DNA of 64,000 nt from Blasia pusilla (taxonomy: Eukaryota): contig CM114271.1 in the NCBI GenBank assembly GCA_050084515.1, forward strand, positions 14,322,001 to 14,386,000, read 5' to 3'. Of this stretch, positions 1-11,446 are shown one piece after another. Numbering within the stretch: position 1 is the stretch's first letter; the number at the start of each line of letters is the position of its first letter. The translations under genes and the position numbers were made by a program. The notes under the pieces are model-generated. The model was given only the letters and a program-made list of their open reading frames with translations. It searched no databases and had not been told where the DNA came from.

Positions 1-112
1 TACTTCTTGCCTCTGTGTTTGGATGCCATGAGTTAGCATGGGATCGTGCGTGTTTGTTTATGTGTTCGGTGACAGAGATGTATGTTGTGTAGCGATATGT
101 ATGCGCACGACA
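1..112 (+). mobile_element. 3' end of an LTR (family ending ...GCGCACGACA), running off the window start
   Basis: 1-112 is the near-exact reverse complement of 62945-63056 and ends ATGCGCACGACA. No PBS follows, so it is a 3' or solo LTR. Confidence 0.8.
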
Positions 113-287
113 CATATCGTGTGTCTCCTTCAAGAGACCTCTCCAACACGCAACCATCATAGCGTGAGACTACCAAAGTTCGGTTGTTCCATTTGGCGCT
201 CGTTTGGGTAAGTGGGACGCAACACACATGATGGGTTGGGCCCCCGCGGCTAGGCCGTGTGCAGGCCTAGCCGTCTAGCGGTGGACC

Positions 288-492
288 CAAGGTTGCACGG
301 AAATGCAAAGTCCGGACGTGCCCGGCCCGCACCCGAGCCTGATGCCTAGATCCGAGATCCCACATCAATTGTGTGGCGCGTAAGGGGTACGGGTTCCGTT
401 AGCCCTGGTCTACATGGCAGACTCTATGGAGGCTTGGGTACGGGCCACGAGTACTCGAGTACGGACACGGACTTTGTTCGTGTGCAACCGCG
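288..492. mobile_element. Small hAT-type MITE (GGTTGCAC terminal-repeat family)
   Basis: Starts CAAGGTTGCACGGAAA and ends GACTTTGTTCGTGTGCAACCGCG. Same two end types as 18877-19253. TSD not convincing. Confidence 0.55.
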
Positions 493-821
493 CGTGGGTT
501 GTGGAGCTAGCCTTGGGCCCGACATCAATTGGGCACAGTCTTCAGCCCGCCCAACAGGAGCCAAATGCGCCCTACCTGCCAGGCAAGGGCTCATAGCCTG
601 CACAAGATCCTTTCAACCACTACCCTTCTAAGCCTGCACCCATTCCCATATCCCAAGCCCACATGGGCAGTCGAGGTGCCAAAAAAATCCAAGCGGGCAA
701 GGTTGCAGGGAAACGAATAAGTCTGCATGTGTGGGCTCGTTAGCATGAGCAAGCCTAGGGCCCGCCATACGCAGGGCTGAGCCCACCCAATGGGGGCCCA
801 GCCTGCCACGTGGGGGCCTAG

Positions 822-1150
822 TGTAGAAAATTGCTAAAGAAGCATAATTGATTGGATACAACTCTCACACTCACACACCACCATGGAGAACAAAATTTTA
901 CAATGAGAGAATGAGCGAAGGCTCGTCCCCTTCTCAATCATATAGGGTATGTATAAGCAATCCTAATCCTAATCCTTATCTTGATCCTAATCCTAATCCT
1001 AATCATAGTCTTGAGTTAGACTAACAGTGATTAACTAATCCTAGTTAAGATAATCATGCTTAACTGACTAACCAAGATTAAACTTCTTGTGAGTACCAAA
1101 TACAATAGTGCGGGTGTCCAATGAGCTTGACTTTAACTTATTCTTCAATA
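822..1150 (-). repeat. 3' LTR of the copia element, with PPT at 1151-1159
   Basis: On the minus strand PPT GAGGGGGAG is followed by TATTGAAGAA (mutated TGTTG) and the LTR ends TTCTACA at 822. Contains a (TCCTAA)n tract at 961-1003. Confidence 0.7.
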
Positions 1151-4100
1151 CTCCCCCTCATGCTCATATCGATATTTCTAATACCTAAATTTTTTCTAGA
1201 CAACTCAAACTTATATGTAAACAATGCCTTGGTAAATATATCAACAATTTGCTGATATGTACCTATATGCACAAGATCAATTTCTCGTGGAAGCACTTTC
1301 TCTTTGATAAAATGATAGTGCACCTCCACATGTTTTGTTCGAGCATGAAACATAGGATTATTAGCAAGCTTGATGTTACTAATATTTTTTGCATATATTA
1401 CACTAGATCATAAGTTACTAACACCAATATCAACAAGTAATCAATGAAGCCACACCGCCTCACATGCTGCATTGGTTGCTCCTCTGTACTCAACCTCTAT
1501 TGAAGATATAGCAGTTGTAGATTGCTTCTATGAAGCCCAACTTATAATTGCGCTTCCCAAGGTAAATGAATAACCAGATGTGGAGTGTCTATCAGACACG
1601 CTTTTTGCCCAATCAGCATCTATGAATCACTATAATTGTAAACTCGAAGAAGGTTCAAATTGAAGCCCAAATTGAATAGAGAATTTCACATACCGCATAA
1701 TATTCTTCACATCATCAAGGTGAGGTTTTCGAGGTGCTTGTATAAATTGGCTCACTAGGCCAACTACAAAGCTCAAGTCTGGCCTGGTTATAGTCAGATA
1801 AATCAAATTTCCAACCATGAGCCAGTATGTATTAAAATCTGCAAGCAACTCTTCTTCATCCACTCTTAGCTTCACACTTTCGTCCAATGGTGTAGAGATT
1901 AGCTTACAAGCCGCCCTACCATATTTTGAAAGCATGTGAAGAGCATATTATCATTGTAACAACCACATGCTCTCTCTAGCTCTGATAAACTCAACACCAA
2001 GGAAGTACTTGAGTTCTCACAAGTCCTTCATATCAAATTCTGCCTGTAATTTTAGCTTGACTTGTTGTACCATATCCTCAGTAATTCCAATAATCAAGAG
2101 CTTGTCAACATACAACACAATGATAACCATATGATCTTGTCCTCTCAAGACATATAACGAGGAGTTAGAATCACATATCCTAAAACCCAACTCTTGTAGA
2201 ACGCATGTAATTTTGCCATACCTAGCTCATGCTTGTATAGAGCTTTTTATAATCTGTATGTACGGAATGGAAACTCTCGATGCTCATATTAAGATGTTTG
2301 AGTCATGTATACCTCCTCATATAGATCTTCATTCAAGAAGGCATTCTTGACGTTCATGTGATGTAATCTCCACTTCTTACTTACTGCAATTGCAACCATT
2401 GTTCTCGTAGTCGCCATCTTTGAAACAAGGCTAAGTATCTCCTCATAATTGATGCCATATTGTTATGCATAGCCCTTGCTACCAATCTGGCTTTATATTT
2501 GTTCAATGTATCATCTTGATTACATTTGACTTTATAAACCTATTTGCAACCAATAGTTTTTGTATCGCCAAGTATACCAACCAACTCCCAAGTCTGTTGA
2601 TGTCTTAATGCAACAAGCTCTTCTTGTATAGCTTCAATCCACTTGACCTTGCTTGCAGCTTCTTCAAAACAACTTCGATCTTGTTCTTAAAAGATAGTCA
2701 TTATATATGCATGATGTGTCACAAGAATCCTTCATTTATGAATCTATGAAGAGGATGTGTGACTCTACTTGAACTACGAAGTTGTTGTTCAAAGGTGGAT
2801 GTCTCTAACACCTGACTAGTGTCAATTGATTGAATACGTACTCTTCTTGACCATGGACGGATAGATTTATCTGATGAATCTAGGACCTCTCATACTCATG
2901 TACTAGTACTTGGCGAATTTGTAGGCAATGTCTGTTGGTTTATCGTCATATTCTCCTCCTCAACAAATGAGTTTAGAGGTGGAATAGGCTCACACGGAGC
3001 ATACCATGATTTAAGTTCATAAAAAAAAATACTATGACTAATAATAAGCTGCTTAGAGGATAGAATCTAGCACTCATATCTCTTAGTTCCATCATCGTAT
3101 CCAATGAAAATACATCTTTCAAATTCGGTGTCTAATTTTTGACATCTTTTAGGAGGAACATGAGCACAACAAATACTTTCAGGAAGGAAAAATCATGTTC
3201 ACTTCTTGTGAAGACTTCAAATGGAGTCTTATCATGAACTCTTAGTGTTGGAGTTTGGTTGATTAAGAAGACTCCACATGTTATAGCCTCTACCCAATAC
3301 ACCTTAGGTATGTTTTTCTCATTCAACATCGTACGTAACGCCTCAACAATATGTCGATTCTCCCTCTCAACCACTCCATTTTTTTGTGATATAACGGCAA
3401 GTGACTTGTCGTTGGATGCTATTCTTATGTAAAAAGTCATGAAACTCTGTTGAAAGGTAGTCTCTTCCTCCATCACAACGCAATTTGAGAATGTGTTCTC
3501 TAGTCTATTTCTCTGCCAGAATTCAAAATGTCTCTTATGCCATGCATTTAAATCTGTGACTTGTTGGCTAGTTTGACCATATATTGTTATTTGAATTTCT
3601 GACATACAAACATCTAATTTTGATATTCTGCCAGATCTAGTTTTTTTAGCTATCATAGTCTAGTCATCTATTATTTCAATGAAACAACCATCTATATTAA
3701 ACTTCATTTGATAACCTTGTTCTACTATCTGTTCTACAGAGATCAAATTTCTTGCAATAGTAGGAAGATAGAGAACATTTCCAAGAGCACAAAGACCATC
3801 TGATGCAATTGGAATTTTACCCGTATACGTGATATAATATTGATTATAATCTCCTCTAAGCAGTATTGTAGGATCTTTCACCAGCTCTGTACTACTTAAC
3901 CATTTAGCTTGTGAGATTATGGAATTTGATGCACCGAGTTGATGTACCAATATATTGTCGAGTCTTTCTTGAGTATTGCTCCCATATGATGAGTCATGAC
4001 CAAGAGGTGCTCAATTTGTAAATGTTGTTGTTCTTGATACTGCCCTTGGTGTTGTTGCACCATATAGTTTTGTTGTTGTAAGGCTTCCGTTCTCATATCT

Positions 4101-5126
4101 GCCTTCTTCTTGAAGCAAAACTTTACATAGTGACTCTTCATCCCATAGTAATTGCAAGATACAAGGATCCTCTTTTGTTGATCTCGATCCCAACGGTTCC
4201 TACCATCACCACCTTGTGATTATGTCTTGTACTGGTTCGCAATTGATGAAGTAAAGTTATGTTGAGCGCCTCTTCCTTCAAATGCTTGATGTCCACCACC
4301 GCCATGGAAGCTTCTACCACGACCTCTATATGTGTTTGATCCATTACTTGCAAATAGCGCACTCTCTTGCATAGTAATCGAGCTATTGTTGCATGTTAGG
4401 TGTATCTCCTCACTAATTAACTTTAGGACTCACTTTTGAAAGGTTAGATACTTTTCTCTCATAGAGATAGAGGTCTCAAAAGACTTGTAATGTTTTGGAA
4501 GACCTTGAAGAGTGAACAAAATCATATCATCATCTTCTACGATCATTCGAATGTTATTCAATTGATCAACAATATCTTTCATACTCAAAACATAGTCATT
4601 CATGCTTTGCAATCCTTTCCTCACTTCATTAAATTGTTGTTTTATTGAAGCTTTCTAGACATTATAGATGTCTCGAAGAACTTTTCCAATGTATCCCACG
4701 CCTCCTTTGGAATATCAACAGCTTGTATGTGACCCATCATTGGCGAACTAATCGTTATTAAAATATATTGGATTACTTATCTTACGCGTTTGTTCCAAAC
4801 GCAAACATTCAAATCTCTTGAGTTATCTTCTAGCTTGGCCTCATCACCTATAACTATCTCCCATAGTTCTTGACCCATGAGAAATTTCTTCATACGGAAC
4901 TTCCAGACATTGTAATTTTTCTTATCTAACTTCTCGTTTGGGATTGTTGTTGAGGAATACTCCATGAAAAATGATTTTACTCAAAAAAAGGTAATTTCAG
5001 GCTCTCCACTGCTCCAATTGAAGCATAGGCCACTCCTACATAGAAATTGACATGAAAATTTCCAAAATTGACCAAGTGTATGGAAGAACTGGTCGAAATT
5101 GGCATGTAGAGAGCAAACTGCACAAT

Positions 5127-5448
5127 TTTCCTTCACTAATTGGACTTTCTTACACTCAAATTGCTATTGCAAGAGCTCAGAATGTGAGAATCGAATAATT
5201 TTGGATGCGTTGGAAAGCTCTCGACGAATTCTACAAGAAAATCAAAGTTGTAATGGATTAAAAAATTCCTGAGAAATTTAATTCAGAAATCTAGGTCCGC
5301 TTCGATCTAAACGACTCCAAAGGTAGGTTTTGATTGTCTTGTAGAATTCGTCAAGAGCTTTCCAACGCATCCAAAACCGCCCGATTCTGATATTTTGAGC
5401 TCATGCAATAGCAATTTCAATGTACGAAAGTCCAATTAGTGAAGGAAA
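5127..5448. repeat. ~120-bp inverted repeat pair with ~82-bp spacer in the copia leader
   Basis: 5127-5246 is the reverse complement of 5329-5448 with scattered mismatches (e.g. TTGGATGCGTTGGAAAGCTC / GAGCTTTCCAACGCATCCAA; CCTTCACTAATTGGACTTTC / GAAAGTCCAATTAGTGAAGG). Confidence 0.92.
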
Positions 5449-6577
5449 TGTGTAAACCGGTGCGGGCTCGGCTAGACCGGGTATCCACTACGAGCTTGGC
5501 AGGCTCCGGTGCGGGCCACAGGTATTTGTGTCTGGACATAGATATCCATCCTAGGGACGGACATAAGTCTGCGGACATGGATATATCCATAGATACGGAC
5601 TTTGTCTGCGTGCAACCCTACAAGCCGGGCACCAATTGGGCATGTCCATGGACATGTTCGGACTTGTCCGTTTTCGTGCAACCCTCTTCTAGCCTCCTTG
5701 GATTTCACTCTTTGTGGGGCTTGAATTCTCCTCAAGTTCCAGCCCATATTTTTTCATGCTCTTCTAGGTCAAAACCTTCATTGGCACAAATCCATTTATG
5801 CTCACATTTTGCAATCAGGAACGCATGCCTCATTTCTAAGACTTAGACACGTTTCAATCCTAATGTGAGCCCACTTGAGTTTTCAAATTCAATGTTGATG
5901 CATGTTTGGATAGGAGGGTTATAACATCATGAATATAATGCCTGAATGCACACATGGCTAATCTCAAATAATCTTGGCTCTATGCCTTTAATTTTACTCC
6001 ACCTTCCAACAATCTAATATGCTTAAAATATGATGTGTTTTTCTTCAAATGAAGAAAATATAGTAGAGAAAGAATACGCCATCCTTCAAACTCTAAAGAT
6101 ACTCATAAACCCATATATACAATGTCTAGGTGGTGACATAAGCTTCTCAATTATCACCTTGTTCATCGAAATGTGTGTCTTTTGCTCTCACTTAATTGAC
6201 AACGCTTTCTTGGGATTCCAAGAATGTCTTAGCTTGGATATTTTTTTGATCTAGCTACAATGTCATGTACATGCTTCAAGGCTACCATCCGTACCCTATA
6301 CTCTTTAGAGCTACAAGTGAAAAGTCAATAGCCACAAGTAGTGGGTCGTTCAATCATATAAGATTAGCCTCTTACTCACTATCTCACATTTTTTTGGCAC
6401 GCAATGCACCCAATGGTATTGAATGCAATCTAAAAAATAATTACAACTTCTAGCTTCTTCTTACATGAACTGCCCACAAGTCTGGGTCATTGTTACAAGT
6501 GATATTACGTAAGTGCCTCCTTTTGAGCTGCAAATGTGTACTTACCATTCTATATGCCAAGGGTTGGTGGCAACCTG

Positions 6578-6701
6578 CAAGGTTGCACAATGACAAAGTC
6601 CATGTCTATGCCTTGTTTGCTTGCCTAACCCTCATAGAGCCCACACTAGAAGGGCTAGATGCATAGGCAAGGCCTTGTCCATTAATTTCCATGCAACCTT
6701 G
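6578..6701. mobile_element. Very short hAT-type MITE derivative
   Basis: CAAGGTTGCACAATGACAAAGTCC ... TGCAACCTTG; no clear TSD. Confidence 0.5.
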
Positions 6702-6849
6702 CCTATTTAGCACTTAGATATATTTGAGTTCCATGGTAGTATCCACATATCTAAGTGCTATAGAACTTACTCTATTGGCTCAAATGAAACTTAGCATGCA
6801 ATCCAAATGTTGGTCGTTTATCAAGTATTTTTTTCAAATTTGTCATTAC

Positions 6850-7903
6850 TTTACATGTCCATATTTGCGAGGTGACTTTGTGCAAGCCATTTTTGAATCC
6901 ATTGTAATTTGCAACCATTATGAACTTTGCAAGTCAATTTCAAGTGAGTTAAGAGTCTCATGTATTTGCGAGTTCTGTGATCTGCAAATTATTTGCAAAC
7001 AACTTGCATTGAGATTTGTGAGTGTGCCTTGCAAACAACTGGGAAAATGTATGTACATAGCATTGTAGATTGCAAAGCCCGAGAAAGATGGAGACTCAAA
7101 GTGTTTGCAAAACTCTTGCAAGGTGTGGTTTTTTGCACATGTAGAAAACTACCACATACAGTCGCAAACAACCAAACCTCGACCGTAAATTCCCCTTAAG
7201 CTTTCACCTAGACCATAAATTCCTTTTTCGCCTCGAAAATTATTCAATTTTTTCTTTTCCTCCCAACTTAGTGAGACTCCTCTAATTACTTTGAAACTAG
7301 TTTCTTTCTATAATAGAGTTAAGTCTTGAGTATTTTTTGTTATGCATTTTTTAAATGTTTCAGGAGATCTAGATGTGTAAGATTCTTAGTATTGGTACAT
7401 GTTTTTTCCAAATTATTATTTCTAAACTATAAGAGAGAAATGGGAAAAAGAAAGCAAGGGCATCCCAAATAATAACTTTGAATGAGCCAAATCTATTGTT
7501 ATTGATTTTTGCCATTGCATTGCAGATTTGTTTTTAAAGCTTTCTACAAGTTACTTAGGAGTAATCAGATCAAAATGACTAAATAGACTTGCAATTGAAA
7601 AGTCGTGAAATCGACTCGTAAAATTGCAAAAAAGCATGTTGTGAGTGACTTTTGAATACCTTGGGAGTCTTTCATGACTTAAATGCAACTGAATTAGGAA
7701 TGTAAGAGAACTACTGAATTTATTGGAACACCTATTGCTCAATGTGTAATTACGATTGAACTTCGAGTGGATTTCTATCACTTGCAACGACTTTGTAAGT
7801 GTTGGACTCATAAGCTTATGATTGGTTTGCAACTACCTTGCAAGTAAATTACGAGCTTTTTGCAACTTTTGGGGCTTGCAAATTGATCACGAATCTTATA
7901 GTG
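6850..7903. mobile_element. Possible CACTA-type non-autonomous remnant
   Basis: Dense TTGCAA/GCAAGT short repeats in both orientations. The right end TCTTATAGTG reads CACTATAAGA on the minus strand. Left terminus not identified. Confidence 0.3.
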
Positions 7904-8436
7904 ATCTTTTTCATATAAACTTTCAACTCATGTATTGTACTATAGTACTCCCACAAGTGTGTCTCCACTAACTTGACAACGGCTAATTATTTATTCTAGA
8001 AAAAAAAAGTTGCACTTTGAGTACATGATCCATGTTCACTATGCATTCTTGAACCAGAAATTTAGAAGCCTACATGTAAACATTTTCTACCCCTCTTTCC
8101 ATTTAAGACTCCGATTGCACCAATAAATCAACCAATGTTTTGTTGGATTGATGGTTAACACCAAGAAATTGGCATCTAATTCTAACACATTGCTAGGAAA
8201 ATAAATCCTCCATAAATTGTTCCACTATTCCCCTATCAAAACTCCCCTATCCGCTAACTTAAATCTATTGTTAGGGTGGACTTGTGTGGTCATGTCCATA
8301 GATATGCAATGTGGCCCCTATCCATGGATCTCTATTGAACGTAGGTTGCTTGCAAAGGGCTGTACAAGAGGGTCGGGGTACAGGAAAGTTTTTCCATGTC
8401 GAGGAGTTGGTCCTATGGACAGACATGAGTCAATGG

Positions 8437-9182
8437 TGTCATGGTAGATGAGGCGTGGGGCGAGATAGTATCGAGGCCATAGAGGGATCTTGTACTTCCC
8501 TATTTGGAGAGGTCATAAGTGACTTGCTCTTAGGAGGTGACCTATGAGTGTAGGTCACCCTTCCCTTTATGAGGAGTGGCAACCTTGGAGAGGTTGAACT
8601 TCCCACCCATGTATGGCTCCACTTGGACCTATAGGATCGTGGGTTAGTTGGTAGTTGGTCTCATGAGGGGACCACATGTGTAGTTGTTAGGGAGTTAGTA
8701 CTTAGGTACTACAGGTCATTAGTGACCTGCTAAGGGGAGGTGACCTGTGTGTACAAGTCACCCATGGAGGTGCCCAAGGGGGATAAACCTCAGAGAAGCT
8801 CATTTGGAGCTCATCTCCTTAGGATTACAGACCCTTGTTGAGATCCGTGATATAGTGCAGCTTGCATGTGTTGAGCTTGGATTCTCTCTTGAAGATTGGG
8901 CTAGGAGCGATCAATAAGGAAGATCACACATGTTTTGGGAATCCTTGTGTACACTTTCTCTTGTTGTTATACCAGTGTGTATCAGATTCATGTATATGGC
9001 TGTTTGGATGAAGCATGGTTGATTGCAGATTTCATCAGAGTTTACAATGCATATTCAACTTTATATTGGGGTTGTTATGTCGTTCATGTGTAGAGATGTT
9101 AGGATTCATAACTAGATGGATCTTAGACATGTATGTGCATGACAGCCAATGTATGTTGGCAGCGATGTGTATTCGCACGAAA
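8437..9182 (+). mobile_element. Solo LTR (746 bp) with 4-bp TSD ATGG, inserted in a MITE end
   Basis: ATGG|TGTCATGG...GCGATGTGTATTCGCACGAAA|ATGG. The 3' end matches 1-112 and 62945ff. Removing it rejoins a MITE terminus ending TCTGCGTGCAACCTAG (9214). Confidence 0.75.
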
Positions 9183-11446
9183 ATGGATACACACTTGGTC
9201 TGCGTGCAACCTAGTTCTTGGTTCACTAGCAAGAAAGTTAGATACCCTACAAAAACTCTTGATTCTTCCTATCTTATGAATTACACTCAATTTTCTTAAT
9301 CTACCATGATAAAAAATGCATACAAGTAAACAAGACACTAAAACAATGCACAAAATTAACTTCATGGGTCCCATGGATCTTTCTATATTGAATATCAGTT
9401 AAGAAACATATCAATCTCTAATACATTGTATAACTACTTCTACATTAACAGCCACTTTGTGAACCCTAGAAGCTATATCTTAGGCACAAAATAGTTTCAA
9501 AATAGTCACACTAAACTTACAACTTTGCAAGTCCTGTACTTGCAATAGACTCGGAAAACCTAAAAAATTGGAGTTGCAAACTATAATTACAACACAATCC
9601 GAATTTTTTTCTTACACTTGGAGGTTAGTTGCAAAATACTCATAAGGTGCTTGTAACAACTTGCACCTTTTTTTGTAGCTTTTCAAGTCATTTGAGGATG
9701 ATTGCGAGTCTGAGTAGTCGCAAACTAGGACCTAAAATTCACTCGAAAAATAATAGCAAATGAGACGTTTTATCCACATAAGTTGATAACGGAGGCCAAT
9801 CAAGAAACACTATCTACTTTTGCTTGACTTTAAATATCATGATTCACTAAGAATTAGGTTTAAGAGACCCAAACCAAATCTTCCATAATGCACTCACCGG
9901 TTTGAAGGAAGCCATGTTAATTATAATGAACTTGCATTTTGGCATGTGAAGGCCTGCCAAATTCAAGGTGGGATATTCATCATATAGCTAGCAAGGATGA
10001 ATGAAGAGGAGATTTTATAGGGAAGACTTCCCATCAATATGTATTGAATTTGGATTCTCATGCTAATAAAAATGGCTTTTTTCATGTCATCACATTTCAA
10101 TATTCGATGTAATTTACTTGTATAAAATTTGGATTCTATTTTTGTTTTATATATGTTATCAATCAATGTCATAACCTCATTTGATTCAATTCGTTTAGGA
10201 TATATATGATACTAAACATCATATCTTGCTGATGGAATGTGTAATACCCAAGCAAATCAAATAATTTGACCCATTCTTACTCTATACATTCTTATCATTT
10301 GGTGGTTTCAATACATTTATGTTGGCGAGAATGTTTTTGGCGTATGATCACACACTCACTGCAACTCACGATTCTTACATTTTCAGTTCAAAAATTTGAT
10401 CCCAATATAATGCTTTAATCAATCTAAATTATATTTACGATCCTCGTCTTTCGAAATGGATGGCATTTAGCCCTTCCAAAATTGACCACCGAATGTAAAA
10501 AAGTACCTAGTATCCCATTTTCTACATGAGTTTCAAAGAAAGAAACTCACACTAAAGACGCACACGCACTCCGGCTGAAAAGTTTTCTTCACCAACAAAG
10601 AGTGCTCTCTTTCCACTCCAAAATTTGCGAGGGGATAAAACTGACATTCAATGGAAAGGAATCAATCCCCCCATTCCTCTATTGCTAATGCTCCACCTCC
10701 CGTCCTAAGTATTAACCGAGTACTCGATCTAATCCACCCCTCCCTACATGAGTTCCTACAAATGAATGGATGTCAAAACACCACCTTGCTGTTCTTGGAA
10801 GAGTACAACGAGGACTTCATCCATTCCCTACGTCTTCCCAAATTGCATCCTCTGAAGGAATGTGGATGGAAAATCACCATTGGGCTAACCTACTTCTCTG
10901 GAGAGTTTAATAAGGACGTCATCCATTCTTTCCCTCCAAATTTAAAAGCTCACATTGCATCCTCATTCCTTCCTTATAAACAAGAAAGGATGAATGTCAT
11001 CTTGGGCAATAGTAGATTTCCTGGATGATGACCCAATGTCGCAACCTTTTGGTCATTGGTGTCTTTTGGGTCCCACAAAGTGACTTTCATTCCTAGGAAG
11101 TTACTTCTATGGAACTGACATCTGGGGTTGTAATACTGGAGGTGTTCCATTTCACCTCACACATCTCTTCCGCATTTTGTGCACCCAAGAATTCAGTTGG
11201 GACTTCTCCAACTATGACACCAAGTCCGTCGTCCTCAATAACAAATATTGCATCTATACAGATTTTGAATGTGATTTTTACATCATTGGGACTGCATCTA
11301 CAATTGAGTTGAACCTGCAAGCAACAAACCTCATTACTTTCAAAGACATAAAAGCTGGTTGGCCTTTACACTGATAGCTAATCTCGCTGGAAAAAAGAAG
11401 AACCCTCCTCTGAGGGAAAGAACTATCTCTTCTCAACCTTTAGACC

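Larger units (their letters stand above)
822..5452 (-). mobile_element. Degenerate Ty1/copia LTR retrotransposon (gag-PR-INT-RT-RH); 5' LTR and PBS missing
   Basis: Minus-strand fragments in copia order: gag start 4965 (KLDKKNYNVWKFRMKKFLMGQELW), UBN2-like gag 4430-4624, protease region ~3950, integrase (QKNGVVERENRHIVEALRTML), RT (YLTITRPDLSFVVGLVSQF), RNase H (FHARTKHVEVHYHFIKE, QIVDIFTKAL). Many stops and frameshifts. Confidence 0.93.
698..5620. mobile_element. hAT-type MITE interrupted by the copia element
   Basis: Left end CAAGGTTGCA at 698, right end GTGCAACCCTA at 5620. Flanks CAAGCGGG (690-697) and CAAGCCGG (5621-5628) form an 8-bp TSD with 1 mismatch. Confidence 0.65.

Noticed and set aside
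10651-11028. 125-aa ORF downstream of the epimerase
   Set aside because: No recognisable motif, only a weak internal repeat; probably chance.
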